DNA of 64,000 bases from an uncultured Pelagibacteraceae bacterium (GCA_902592545.1 CACJFA010000002.1:164-64163); one strand, 5' to 3'; shown: positions 18,979-29,367, counted from the stretch's first letter. Translations and numbers: made by a program. The notes: generated from the letters alone by a model not told the origin.

Positions 18979-19634
18979 ATGATGTTAATTTTTAATTTTT
19001 TTTTAATCTTATGTGCATTTAAAATATATATAAGCAAAGTTAGTGATAATCTTTTAATTCTTCTCAATGGATCAGTGTTAAGTCTCCAAACAAATTCTAA
19101 CCCAAGGCTTTGAAGAATTTTAGGACATTGCTTTATTTCACCAGAGGCTATACTTAATCCTCCACCGATACAGATAATTTTAAAATTTTTGTTATTTTTT
19201 TTTATTTCTTTTGCTAGAATTTCTTGTTTTGGTGTGGGTAACGTAATTAAAACAAGTGAGTTATTATCTAATTTTGGAACAAATTTTTTTAAATTATTAC
19301 CTTTAACAATAGGTAATTTAATAAAATTTACTTTAGTATTAAATTTTTTTTTTAGATATTGATTTTGTTTTTTTGAGTAATTACCCATAACAATTATTTT
19401 TGAAAATTTATAGTTGAAAAAAAAAGTAATAAATTTACTTCCAGGAATTTTTTTTTTTTTGGAATGAACTTTACCAAAAATACCATCACACCATAAATAT
19501 AAATTATTACTTGGTTTAATTAATCCTAAAAAATAATATGCAATGAAGGCTAAGTTCAGTGCACTAAAAATAAAATTCGATCTTATATTAAATTTTTCAA
19601 AATTTGATATTAAATTAAAACTTCTTGATTTCAT
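18975..19634 (-). CDS. WecB/TagA/CpsF (GT26) glycosyltransferase, divergent
   Basis: WCDGI, ITLPTPKQE, CIGGG, GLEFVWRL..DP.RR. Confidence 0.7.
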   Translation of the reverse strand: MKSRSFNLISNFEKFNIRSNFIFSALNLAFIAYYFLGLIKPSNNLYLWCDGIFGKVHSKKKKIPGSKFITFFFNYKFSKIIVMGNYSKKQNQYLKKKFNTKVNFIKLPIVKGNNLKKFVPKLDNNSLVLITLPTPKQEILAKEIKKNNKNFKIICIGGGLSIASGEIKQCPKILQSLGLEFVWRLNTDPLRRIKRLSLTLLIYILNAHKIKKKLKINII

Positions 19635-20656
19635 CTGACTATTGTATCTAATTTTTTCTTTAAAGCGGCTAAATCAATTTCATAATCTGAATTTTTACTT
19701 GAACCAATTATATTTTTTTTTTTACATATAAGATAATGGTAATTAATATTTAATAAATTTGATAGGTTAAAGTAACAATTTAAGTATAAGTCATTTTCTG
19801 GCTTTATTTCAATAAGATTGTTTTTTTCTTTCATCCATATTAAATTAGTTAGTCCAGCTCCATGCAAACCAATAATAAATTTTGCGGAAGAAAATATTTC
19901 CAATTGTTTGTTAAAAGATATTTTTTCTGAGTATAGGATTTTAAAATTATAATTTTTTAATAAATCTATTAAATTTTGCTCATTTATAATTCTTCTTCTT
20001 CCAGATTTATTTCTGCTAATATATATTCTTTTATAATTACGGTATTTTAAATTCATTGCTTTTTTTAAATCATTTATATTTTTCTTTCTTGGATTTCCTG
20101 ATGGATATAAACTTCCAATATAAGTTAATTTTTTAAATTTATAATTAGTATTTTTTTTCAAAAAAAAATATTTTACTTTTAATCTTTTGAGACTAGATAT
20201 AATAAAATTAATTTTTAATTTACTTGGTAAAATAATTGTTAAATTTTTATGATTTTTTTTAGCATATACGACCTTTGGTAAAGTATCCGTTATCCAATGG
20301 AAGTAGCCAGAAGAATTTCTATCATGTACAAGTATACAATTTTTTGGAAGATATGTATTATTATTAAGTATTTTTTTAAAAAGAATTTTAAATATATAAT
20401 TTAAATACAATATTGTTTTCTTAATTATAATGTATCTACTAATAGAATTGAATGATAAGTAATCTGAAATTAGATCGTAATTAAAAGTAAATATTTTACC
20501 ATCATCTAAAACGTTTAAATCTCTTATTTGATAAATATAACTACTTCCAATTTTATTTATAAAATCGTGGTAAAAAAGATGAGTATCTTTGGGATTAATA
20601 AAATTTTTATTTTTTTTTATAATTTCATTTGAAAGTAATTTTTTTTTAATTATCAT
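19631..20656 (-). CDS. GT61 (DUF563) glycosyltransferase
   Basis: GYFHWITDTLP, RIYISR..RRIINE, QLEIFSSAKFIIGLHGAGLTN, IEI. Confidence 0.8.
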   Translation of the reverse strand: MIIKKKLLSNEIIKKNKNFINPKDTHLFYHDFINKIGSSYIYQIRDLNVLDDGKIFTFNYDLISDYLSFNSISRYIIIKKTILYLNYIFKILFKKILNNNTYLPKNCILVHDRNSSGYFHWITDTLPKVVYAKKNHKNLTIILPSKLKINFIISSLKRLKVKYFFLKKNTNYKFKKLTYIGSLYPSGNPRKKNINDLKKAMNLKYRNYKRIYISRNKSGRRRIINEQNLIDLLKNYNFKILYSEKISFNKQLEIFSSAKFIIGLHGAGLTNLIWMKEKNNLIEIKPENDLYLNCYFNLSNLLNINYHYLICKKKNIIGSSKNSDYEIDLAALKKKLDTIVR

Positions 20657-20671
20657 AATCCTTATTTTACA

Positions 20672-22495
20672 ATGAAATTTTCAATTATTACTAGTTGTTT
20701 TAATGCAGAAAAATATATCTCTGAGACAGTTGAATCAATTTGCCAACAAACAGAGTTCATAAATAATAATTGTGAATTAGAATATATAATTATTGATGGA
20801 AATTCTACGGACAATACCAATTTAATAATTGAAAGGTTAAAAGAAAAATACCCATTCATAGTTCATATAGTTGAAAGCGACACTGGTTTATATGATGGCC
20901 TTTCCAAAGGATTTAAATTAGCTAGTGGAGATGTAATGGGTTATCTGAATGCTGGCGATTTTTTAAATAAAACTGCATTTTCAGTACTTAAAAAACTTTT
21001 TTTAAATAAAAAAATAAATTGGGCCACCGGTTTAAAGATTATTTATAATGAATATTCTGAAATTACCAAAATTCAAATACCATATAATTACAGATCAAGT
21101 TTAATTAGATGTGGAGCATATGGCAAATACCTACCATTCATACAACAAGAATCAACTTTTTGGAGACCAAAATTATTAGAGGGTTTTAATTATGAATATT
21201 TTAAAACTTTAAAAAAGAGTGGTGATATGTATTTATGGTATAATTTTTCCAAAAATAATAATCTTTATATCGTTAATAGTTATCTTTCAGGATTTAAATA
21301 TCATGATAATCAGATTACATTTAGAGAGACTGGTTCCACAGATTTATATTTAAAAGAGGCAACACAATTTACAGACAAAATAAAAATAAAAGATTTTTTT
21401 TATATTCTTTTAGATGCAATACCTTGGTACCTGGGAAGAAATATAAGTAATATTTTTAGTTCAACAAATTCAAAATTTATTGATTATCTTAATAATTATA
21501 ATTGGCAAACGAGAGTTAGTGACAAAAAAGTATATTGTTGGGTAAGCGATTTTGAGAAGACAAACGGAGAAGGCATAACTGCGAATTTATTTTTAAAAAA
21601 TTTTATTGAAAAAAATAATATAGAAAAAAAAAGCGTTTTTATAAAAAATTCATCAAATAAAATAAATTTTTATCAATTAGAAAAAATTAATAAATCAACC
21701 CGAAAAGGACAATTAAATATTTTTGAAAAGTATATAGATCCTTTTATTGGCATTGTTTATTTATGGTATAGATATATTACAGGAAACAAAGTTGTTTTTG
21801 TGAATTTTTTACCGTTATGGAATTTTTTAATTTTTTTACTACTACCACCTAAAACTATTCTTGGTCCTATTACTGGAACAAAAGCTTTTAGTGAAGATAT
21901 TAAAGGCTTTGAGAGATTTTTTAGAAAGTACTTAATGCCTATTCAGTTTTTCTTATCCAATTTAATTTTATTATTTAGATATAAACATCTAACTTTTAAC
22001 ACTTCAAATTTGAAATCAATTCTTTCAAAAAAGGTCATAGAAAAATCCCAATTTAATTTTATTTATAATTTGTACGATTTAAATAAAAAAAATAATAGTT
22101 TAGAGAAAAAATATGATTTTATATTTTATATTAGAACATATCCCTCAAAAGGAACAACAGAAACAGTCAATTTTATAAATCACTTAAAACAAAATTATAA
22201 AATAATTACAGTTGGTGAAAAACTAAACTTAGAAGGAATTGAAGAGTTTGGATTATTATCTAGAGATAAAGTTCTAGATTTATGTAAAATATCAAAATTT
22301 TCAATAATTAGTTCTGAAAATTTTTATTCTTTGTTTTGTTTTGATTGTGTTTCTAATGGAGTAAAAGTTTTTTTTAATAATAAAATGAGTTATGAAAAAA
22401 CTTTTGAGCAAGATCAAAAGGTTTTCCCAATCAGTTTTAATGATTTAGATTTTGCAATTAAACAAATTAAAGATAAGATTAAAGTTTTAAGTTAA
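20672..22495 (+). CDS. GT2 glycosyltransferase fused to an uncharacterised C-terminal domain
   Basis: N-terminal FSIITSCFN, IIIDGNSTD, GLYDGLSKG, YLNAGD, IQQESTFW. About 320 further residues from KVYCWVSD form a second domain. Confidence 0.75.
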   Translation: MKFSIITSCFNAEKYISETVESICQQTEFINNNCELEYIIIDGNSTDNTNLIIERLKEKYPFIVHIVESDTGLYDGLSKGFKLASGDVMGYLNAGDFLNKTAFSVLKKLFLNKKINWATGLKIIYNEYSEITKIQIPYNYRSSLIRCGAYGKYLPFIQQESTFWRPKLLEGFNYEYFKTLKKSGDMYLWYNFSKNNNLYIVNSYLSGFKYHDNQITFRETGSTDLYLKEATQFTDKIKIKDFFYILLDAIPWYLGRNISNIFSSTNSKFIDYLNNYNWQTRVSDKKVYCWVSDFEKTNGEGITANLFLKNFIEKNNIEKKSVFIKNSSNKINFYQLEKINKSTRKGQLNIFEKYIDPFIGIVYLWYRYITGNKVVFVNFLPLWNFLIFLLLPPKTILGPITGTKAFSEDIKGFERFFRKYLMPIQFFLSNLILLFRYKHLTFNTSNLKSILSKKVIEKSQFNFIYNLYDLNKKNNSLEKKYDFIFYIRTYPSKGTTETVNFINHLKQNYKIITVGEKLNLEGIEEFGLLSRDKVLDLCKISKFSIISSENFYSLFCFDCVSNGVKVFFNNKMSYEKTFEQDQKVFPISFNDLDFAIKQIKDKIKVLS

Positions 22496-23938
22496 TTTTT
22501 TATTATTTAAAAAAAGTAAGCACATAAATAAGACTATATTATCGGTTCCAAAAACCAAGAAACTACTTTCTACTAAACTTCTTAACATTATAAATATAAT
22601 GATAGCTATTAATGAGAAAATAATGATGTCTTTGGAGTATTTTTCTTTATTTTTTAAAAAATAATAAATTAATCTAAGTATATAAAAATAAAATAAAATT
22701 AAAAAAAATAAACCAAATAAACCTCCCGAAATAAGAGAATAAAATATTGAATTAGATGCACTTTCTTTAATAAAAAATCTATCAGCACTATTACCAAAAC
22801 CTAAAAAACTATTTTTTAAGTCTTCTCTATCTTTAAATAATTTTAATATTTGTCTCCATAATTCAAGTCTACCTGAAGAATACTCACTAATTAAAATATA
22901 TTGATCATCTTTATGTATTTTTTTAAATTCTGGGTTATTTGGAGCAGTTGTAAAAATTCTACCAACGGGAATCTTTATATTTAATTCTGAAATGATACTG
23001 AATTGATTTTCTTTATTTTCATTATTTTCACTAATTTCATAACTCTGATAACTCTGAATTAATTTTTTAAAGTTTGGAATAAAAATATTTAAAAATTGAG
23101 GTATTATAATAAATATAATAGCAATACTAATAATTTTCTTAAATTCATGCTTATATACCAAAATTAAAAAATTAATCAAAAAAAATAAGAAAAATGCATA
23201 AATTGACGTTCTTGATTGAAGTTGAAAAATATTTGTAGATAAAAAAATTAATAATAAAATTATTAAAAAATTAAATTTTTTTTTCTCTCCATATAAATAG
23301 AATATAGCTAAAGGTAAAAAAATTATTAACAAGTTCCTACTTAAACCTAAAGATCTAATAGTTGGTACTCCAAACAATTCACCCGTTATCAAAAATTGAG
23401 TAAAATATAGATATTCTTTATTATTACCAAAGTATTCAACATAAGCAAAGTAAAGTGTAATAAATGATATAAAAATTAAAAAAATATAATTAATTTTTAA
23501 TAATTTAATTGTTTCTTTTTTATTTAATCTAGAGAAAATTAAATATGAGCACATAAAGTAAATACCCATCATTACGTCTCTGGTTAGATTTGGTAAATAT
23601 CCAGTTTGTATAAAATATTTATCATTATTTAATGCTTCAAAAATGCTATTATTATTGAAATACAAATTATAGTTTCCAATTAAAAAACTTAAAAAAATAA
23701 AAAAGATAATATTTGTTAGAAAATAACTCTTTTGATAACTACTTTTAAAAATAATCAAAAAAATAATTATAATTAATGGAAAAAAAAATCTAATATTGTT
23801 TAATATTGTTTTAATGTTAACTTCATTTAAATTTGTCATTGAATGATATTTTGAGCCGACAGAAGCCCAAATAAATAATGTAATAATTAATAAAAAAATA
23901 TCTCTATATAAGCTCTTATAACTTATTAATTTTTTCAT
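22487..23938 (-). CDS. Wzy_C/O-antigen ligase-like polytopic membrane protein
   Basis: Multiple TM helices, QSRT, SSGRLELW, LGFG, GGLFG. Confidence 0.65.
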   Translation of the reverse strand: MKKLISYKSLYRDIFLLIITLFIWASVGSKYHSMTNLNEVNIKTILNNIRFFFPLIIIIFLIIFKSSYQKSYFLTNIIFFIFLSFLIGNYNLYFNNNSIFEALNNDKYFIQTGYLPNLTRDVMMGIYFMCSYLIFSRLNKKETIKLLKINYIFLIFISFITLYFAYVEYFGNNKEYLYFTQFLITGELFGVPTIRSLGLSRNLLIIFLPLAIFYLYGEKKKFNFLIILLLIFLSTNIFQLQSRTSIYAFFLFFLINFLILVYKHEFKKIISIAIIFIIIPQFLNIFIPNFKKLIQSYQSYEISENNENKENQFSIISELNIKIPVGRIFTTAPNNPEFKKIHKDDQYILISEYSSGRLELWRQILKLFKDREDLKNSFLGFGNSADRFFIKESASNSIFYSLISGGLFGLFFLILFYFYILRLIYYFLKNKEKYSKDIIIFSLIAIIIFIMLRSLVESSFLVFGTDNIVLFMCLLFLNNKKLT

Positions 23939-24992
23939 ATAAAATTTTTATTTTGTTTTTAAAATTGTAACTCTCTTTAAATTTTCTACTAACTTTAATT
24001 TTTTTTTTATTTTTTATTTTTAGCAAGTCATTAAAGAGTTTATTTTCAGAGGTGATTATTAAAGATTTTAAATGTTTTGTATTTTTAATACCAACAACAG
24101 CATTTTTGCTACAAACTGTTAATGCACCATAATACAAGGCTTCTAAAATTTTTATTTTTGTTCCTGGTGCTTTTGGCATTGGTGCATAAAAAAATAAACA
24201 ATTTTTAATTAACCAAACTAAATTTGATTTTTTTATTATTCCAAGATTTAATATATTTTTATTTTTATATTTAGGTATACCTTCACCTGTTAAGATTAGT
24301 TTAATGCTTGGAAATATTTTTTTGATAATTTTTTTATTTTTGATGATTTTATTTATTGCTAATTTGTTAGGCCAATATGTATATGAACCACAAAATAAAA
24401 AAAATTTATTTTTTTTTATTTTTTTATTATTTATTTTTTCTTCCTTAATTTCCGTAACACCATTTTCAAATAAAATAGATTTTGTGTTATAATTATTAAG
24501 AACAAATTTCTTATCTTTATTGCTTACACTTGTTCCGATACATTTTTTATAAATGAATTTTTCAAAATAAAAGGTAAGGAATGCAATTATAAAATTGTTT
24601 TTTAACTTTCTAACTTCATATTCTAAATTATGTGCATGATATATAATAATTACGTTTTTTAATAAAATTTTAACTAGTATAATTAAAACCAAACTAAAGC
24701 CTACCCAACTAGCACCCTCAATGATTAGATATCTTTTTTCATATGTTTTTAAGAATTTTTTAATTTTGAAAGATGATAAAAAAATGTTGATTAAGATACC
24801 AGTTAAACCATCTTTTTTTTTTATATTGATAATTTTTCTTTTTTTTAGTTTTGATTTGGTAATTTGAATAAGTAATTTGTTTTTATTAGGCCATTGATTA
24901 AATAAATTATAGCTAATATCCGAAGCTCCATGATATGAGGGATAGGATTGATACATTGATATAAAGGAATATCCCGTTGAATTTATTTGCAT
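23916..24992 (-). CDS. Glycosyltransferase GT4-like
   Basis: HAHNLEY, FCGSYTYWPN, GTKIKILEAL. Confidence 0.7.
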   Translation of the reverse strand: MQINSTGYSFISMYQSYPSYHGASDISYNLFNQWPNKNKLLIQITKSKLKKRKIINIKKKDGLTGILINIFLSSFKIKKFLKTYEKRYLIIEGASWVGFSLVLIILVKILLKNVIIIYHAHNLEYEVRKLKNNFIIAFLTFYFEKFIYKKCIGTSVSNKDKKFVLNNYNTKSILFENGVTEIKEEKINNKKIKKNKFFLFCGSYTYWPNKLAINKIIKNKKIIKKIFPSIKLILTGEGIPKYKNKNILNLGIIKKSNLVWLIKNCLFFYAPMPKAPGTKIKILEALYYGALTVCSKNAVVGIKNTKHLKSLIITSENKLFNDLLKIKNKKKIKVSRKFKESYNFKNKIKILYEKINKL

Positions 24993-25057
24993 TTACACCT
25001 TAATATTTTTAGAATAATACCAATCATAACAATAATTCGTAATTCTTTAAATCATTT

Positions 25058-26389
25058 ATGAACTTTTTTTCAAATGTTTACAAAAAATCGCAAGATTTTA
25101 AAATTATAAATCAAAGTGACAATTACTATTTAAATTTTTTATGCACTTCTGTTCTATTGTTTCCATTTTTTTTATTAACAGGTCCTTTTCTTCCTGATTT
25201 AGTCATCGTTATATGTTCACTATCATTCATATATTTTATTCTAAAATATAATTTTTATAATTACTTAAATAACAATTATTTTAAATTTTTTATTTTTTTC
25301 TGGGTTTATATTGTATTTACTTCTTTTATTTCTGATAATTTATTATTCTCACTCAAAAGCTCTTTTTTCTATCTTAGATTTATTTTATTTTCATTATTTG
25401 TGCTATTTCTAATAAAAAATTTCGAATTTTTTCTAAAAAATTTTTTTTACGCTTTAACAATAGTACTTGTAATAGTCTTAATAGATTCATATTTCCAATT
25501 TTATTTCGGTAAAAGTTTAACTGGATTTGATAAACCAAAATTAAGATTAACAGGTCCTTTTGATGATAGACAAATAGTTGGAAGTTTTATTTCTAGAATT
25601 TTACCGTTATATTTATTTTTATTTCTTTATATTTATAAAAAATTTGATTTAAAAATTTTAGCTTTCATTTCTATATTAGGAATATTAATTCTTTTGTCAG
25701 GTGAAAGAACAGCCTTTTTTCTTTTTTCATTTTTCATTTTAGGAATTTTTTTTCTTAAAAGTACAAATATCTTTAGATTCTTTTTGATTATAACTTCATA
25801 CTTATTTTTTTTTATAATAATAATTTTTAGTAGCTCAACTTTAAAAGAAAGAATGATAGATCAAACACTTCAAGGTATGGGTATAAAAAAATATGAACTT
25901 ACTGACGGTGTAAAAGATTATTTTGACAAAAAACCAAAAAGAGGTTTTTATATATTTTCTAGAGCTCATGAAGTCCATTACTTAACTGCATATAAAATGT
26001 ATTTAGATAGCCCATTAATTGGTCAGGGCCCAAATATGTTTAGGAAAAAATGTTCAGACGAAAAATTCTTTATTGAACAATCAAGCTGTACCACACATCC
26101 CCATAATTTTTTACTACAATTACTTGCAGAAACAGGTTTGATTGGTGCTTTATTCTATTTTTTTATTCTACTTATATTATTAAGACAAATATTATCCCTT
26201 ATCTATAAAACTAAAATTAAAAATATAAAATTAACAAATAAGAATTTAAATATGTTTATATTAAATATGGGTTTCATAATTAATTGTTTTGTTTTTATTT
26301 TACCAAATGGAAATTTTTTTAATAATTATTTAAATGCTATAATTTTTATACCTGTAGGATTTTATTTGCTTCAGAGAGAAAATGATTAA
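25058..26389 (+). CDS. O-antigen ligase (WaaL/Wzy_C family)
   Basis: TM helices, RLTGPF, SGERTAF, PLIGQGPNMFR, THPHNFLLQLLAETGLIG (conserved His). Confidence 0.8.
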   Translation: MNFFSNVYKKSQDFKIINQSDNYYLNFLCTSVLLFPFFLLTGPFLPDLVIVICSLSFIYFILKYNFYNYLNNNYFKFFIFFWVYIVFTSFISDNLLFSLKSSFFYLRFILFSLFVLFLIKNFEFFLKNFFYALTIVLVIVLIDSYFQFYFGKSLTGFDKPKLRLTGPFDDRQIVGSFISRILPLYLFLFLYIYKKFDLKILAFISILGILILLSGERTAFFLFSFFILGIFFLKSTNIFRFFLIITSYLFFFIIIIFSSSTLKERMIDQTLQGMGIKKYELTDGVKDYFDKKPKRGFYIFSRAHEVHYLTAYKMYLDSPLIGQGPNMFRKKCSDEKFFIEQSSCTTHPHNFLLQLLAETGLIGALFYFFILLILLRQILSLIYKTKIKNIKLTNKNLNMFILNMGFIINCFVFILPNGNFFNNYLNAIIFIPVGFYLLQREND

Positions 26390-27383
26390 TGATTTAATTT
26401 TAATAATTGCAATTTTAATAATAAATATATTTTTTTTTAGAGTTTTCATAAAATTATTTTTAAAACTAAAAATTTATGATGAGCCAGATTTTTTAAGAAA
26501 AATTCACATAACCAATGTACCATTGGTTGGAGGAATGATCTTCATACTCAATATTTTTTTATATCTTTTAACGAAAATATTTTTAATAGAAATAAGTTTT
26601 TTTAACGGATTTAGAGAGATAGTAAGTTTTTTGTTAGGTGCAATCTTAGTTTTTTTAGTAGGTTTGTATGATGATCGTTATTCATTGAAGCCAAATACAA
26701 AATTAATCTTAATTGCAATAATAGTAGCTACAAGTGTTAACATAAGCGAGACATTTCAAGTTAATTATATAAATTTTCTTTTTTATGAAAATACAATTTA
26801 TTTGAATAATTTCGGAATAATTTTTACAATTTTTTGTTTTTTGGTTTTTTTAAATGCTTTTAATATGATGGATGGAATAAATGGTTTAAGCGTTACTTAT
26901 TTTCTTATCTGTTTAATATATTTAGTTTTATTAAATAATAATTTGAATTTCTTTTTATTTTTATTATTACCTGCCGTAATTTTTTTATTTTTCAATTTTC
27001 AAAATAAAGTTTTTCTTGGAGATAGCGGCTCTTTATTATTAGGTTTTATTTTAAGCTGTATATTCATAAAATTTCACAATGAAGATTATATTTACGCAGA
27101 TCAAATTGTTTTATTAATGATAATACCTGGAATAGATATGCTTAGAGTAGCAATTAATAGAATTTTAAAAAAGCAGCATCCATTTAAAGCTGATCAATCA
27201 CACCTTCATCATTTAATTTTAAAAAAATATAGTCCAAAAGTTTCGTATATTGTAATTATAACATTGATTGGAATTACTGCTTTAATGTCTCAAATTTTTA
27301 CAAGTAAATTTATAAATTTATCACAGATTATAGTTATTTTAATAATATACTTTACTTATATTAACATTAATAAGTCAAAGTAA
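26382..27383 (+). CDS. wecA: Undecaprenyl-phosphate GlcNAc-1-phosphate transferase (WecA/MraY family)
   Basis: RKIH..VPLVGG, GLYDD, NAFNMMDGINGL, FLGDSGS, ADQSHLHH. Confidence 0.85.
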   Translation: MINDLILIIAILIINIFFFRVFIKLFLKLKIYDEPDFLRKIHITNVPLVGGMIFILNIFLYLLTKIFLIEISFFNGFREIVSFLLGAILVFLVGLYDDRYSLKPNTKLILIAIIVATSVNISETFQVNYINFLFYENTIYLNNFGIIFTIFCFLVFLNAFNMMDGINGLSVTYFLICLIYLVLLNNNLNFFLFLLLPAVIFLFFNFQNKVFLGDSGSLLLGFILSCIFIKFHNEDYIYADQIVLLMIIPGIDMLRVAINRILKKQHPFKADQSHLHHLILKKYSPKVSYIVIITLIGITALMSQIFTSKFINLSQIIVILIIYFTYININKSK

Positions 27384-28616
27384 AATCGCTCCAAATAAAG
27401 TAAACACAAAAAACATCTCAAAAATTATTAAATTTTTTAATTTAACTATTTCTTTTAGTTGTTTTATTTCTAAAAGACAAAAAGCTAAAACAAATAATAA
27501 AGGATCTAAGTATTCAGTAAAAAAATGTACTCGAAATGAAAAAATAATTAGCAAACAGTAGATTAAAATTTTATTTTTTACTGAGCTTGATAAATGAAAT
27601 AAAACACACAAACCCAAAGCACTAAATATTAAATAGCTGATTTGAACTTTGGTAATTTGATATAAATAATTTGCTAAAAAACCTTGTCCATATGCGTAAT
27701 CTCTATTTTCATTAAGTGACAAGATATCTAAATCTAAAATATAAAACAAAGATGCCAAAAGCATAAAAATAAACAAATATTTAATAATATAGGTTTTAAT
27801 TAAAGATTTAAAATCAGAGATAAAGCAGATCAAAAAAGGCACAGAATAAAATCCAATCAATGAAAAGATAACTAATAATGTTCTTGGAATTGTTTTGAAG
27901 TTTATTAAAGAATTAAATTCCCCAACATGCTGCTCATCAATTACCCCACCCCAAAAATATATTAGAATTAAAGCTGGTATAGATAGAAAAATATAAAACA
28001 ATGTTGAGTAAATCCGACTTTTATTTGATGATGAAAAAATTATATCAAGGTAAAAGAACAAGCATATAAAAACATATTGTACCCTTGAATAAAGAGCTAA
28101 CGAACTAAATAAACAAATTAAAAATATATTATTTATATCATTTTTTTTTTTTTGATTATTGTAAAAAAGTAATGATAAAATTAAAAATAATATCCCTGTA
28201 TTTTCTGTCATACCCCAGAATGCTGATGTTCTAAAGTATGGACTTAACAACAATAAACTAGATAAAAAGACAACTTCATAATTTCTAAAATTAAATTTTT
28301 TTTTAATTATATAGAAAAAAAAAATTAAAATTAAAAAACTCCAAAAAACACTTATTAATCTAAATTCTAAAGAACCTGTTTCAAAAGGATTAAATATAGA
28401 AAAAATAATATGATGAAGTGGATAAGAAAATTCTCCATATTTCCCATATGTAATTATATTATCTAAAAAATTATTTTTTAATCCTTCTATAGCTGGGTAA
28501 GTATGTAATTCAGCATCTAGATTAGAGGCGCCATGCTCTTCTAAAAAAAAAAAACCTAAGATAAAGCTTAAAAAGTTTATGAAAATAAGAGAACTAATTA
28601 AATATTTTTTAAACAT
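27375..28616 (-). CDS. Polytopic membrane protein, putative GT-C (polyprenol-phosphate-sugar dependent) transferase
   Basis: About 10 TM helices with an acidic first periplasmic loop (LDAELH), YPLHH, SPYFRTSAFW..TEN; directly downstream of a DPM1-like GT2. Confidence 0.5.
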   Translation of the reverse strand: MFKKYLISSLIFINFLSFILGFFFLEEHGASNLDAELHTYPAIEGLKNNFLDNIITYGKYGEFSYPLHHIIFSIFNPFETGSLEFRLISVFWSFLILIFFFYIIKKKFNFRNYEVVFLSSLLLLSPYFRTSAFWGMTENTGILFLILSLLFYNNQKKKNDINNIFLICLFSSLALYSRVQYVFICLFFYLDIIFSSSNKSRIYSTLFYIFLSIPALILIYFWGGVIDEQHVGEFNSLINFKTIPRTLLVIFSLIGFYSVPFLICFISDFKSLIKTYIIKYLFIFMLLASLFYILDLDILSLNENRDYAYGQGFLANYLYQITKVQISYLIFSALGLCVLFHLSSSVKNKILIYCLLIIFSFRVHFFTEYLDPLLFVLAFCLLEIKQLKEIVKLKNLIIFEMFFVFTLFGAILL

Positions 28617-28617
28617 A

Positions 28618-29331
28618 TTATTTTTTAAGTAAAATTCTTTCTAACCAACAATAAAAAAATGTAAAAAAATATTTTGAAGTTAATTCTTTAATTATAAATT
28701 TTGATTTCCCCTTTGTTCTATTCGTCCATGAAATAGGAATGATTTTAAAATTAAAATTTCTAGATACTGTTTTCAGAGGAAGTTCTAAAAATACGTTAAA
28801 ATTCTCTGATACTATTGGAAAAAAACTTATTAATATTTCTTTTCTATATATTTTAAAAGCATTAGTGTAGTCATTATAATTATTCAAAAAAAATATCTTA
28901 CACATATTATTAAATATTCTATTAAAAATTAATTTTTTTAAAGGATATCCTTTTACTTTTGATCCACTTATAAATCTACTTCCAAAGACAGCATCTAAAT
29001 TATTTTTTTTAACATATTTATAATATTTAATTAAATCAGCAACTGAATCCGACTGGTCAGCCATATAAATACAAACATATTCCTTTATTGATTTTTTAAC
29101 ACCAACCTTTATTGCACTTCCAAGTCCAGGTTGAGTATTTTTAAATAATTTAATTCTTTTATTTTTTTTTTTAATTTTATTTACAATTTTAGATGTATTA
29201 TCCTTACTAAAATCATTAATTATAATTATTTCATAATTTAACTCTTTTATCTTCGATTTGGTAATATTTTCAATAGTTTTGCCTATAATAGATTGTTCAT
29301 TTCTTGTTGGAATTAAAATTGTTAATGACAT
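28618..29331 (-). CDS. Polyprenol-phosphate glycosyltransferase, GT2 DPM1/GtrB-like
   Basis: ILIPTRNE, INDFSKD, GLGSAI, YMAD.SD, VFGSRF, DYTNAFKIYR, ELPLK, W.NR.KGKSK. Confidence 0.82.
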   Translation of the reverse strand: MSLTILIPTRNEQSIIGKTIENITKSKIKELNYEIIIINDFSKDNTSKIVNKIKKKNKRIKLFKNTQPGLGSAIKVGVKKSIKEYVCIYMADQSDSVADLIKYYKYVKKNNLDAVFGSRFISGSKVKGYPLKKLIFNRIFNNMCKIFFLNNYNDYTNAFKIYRKEILISFFPIVSENFNVFLELPLKTVSRNFNFKIIPISWTNRTKGKSKFIIKELTSKYFFTFFYCWLERILLKK

Positions 29332-29367
29332 AAATAATAAATATTTGTAATTAAATGTATATTTACC

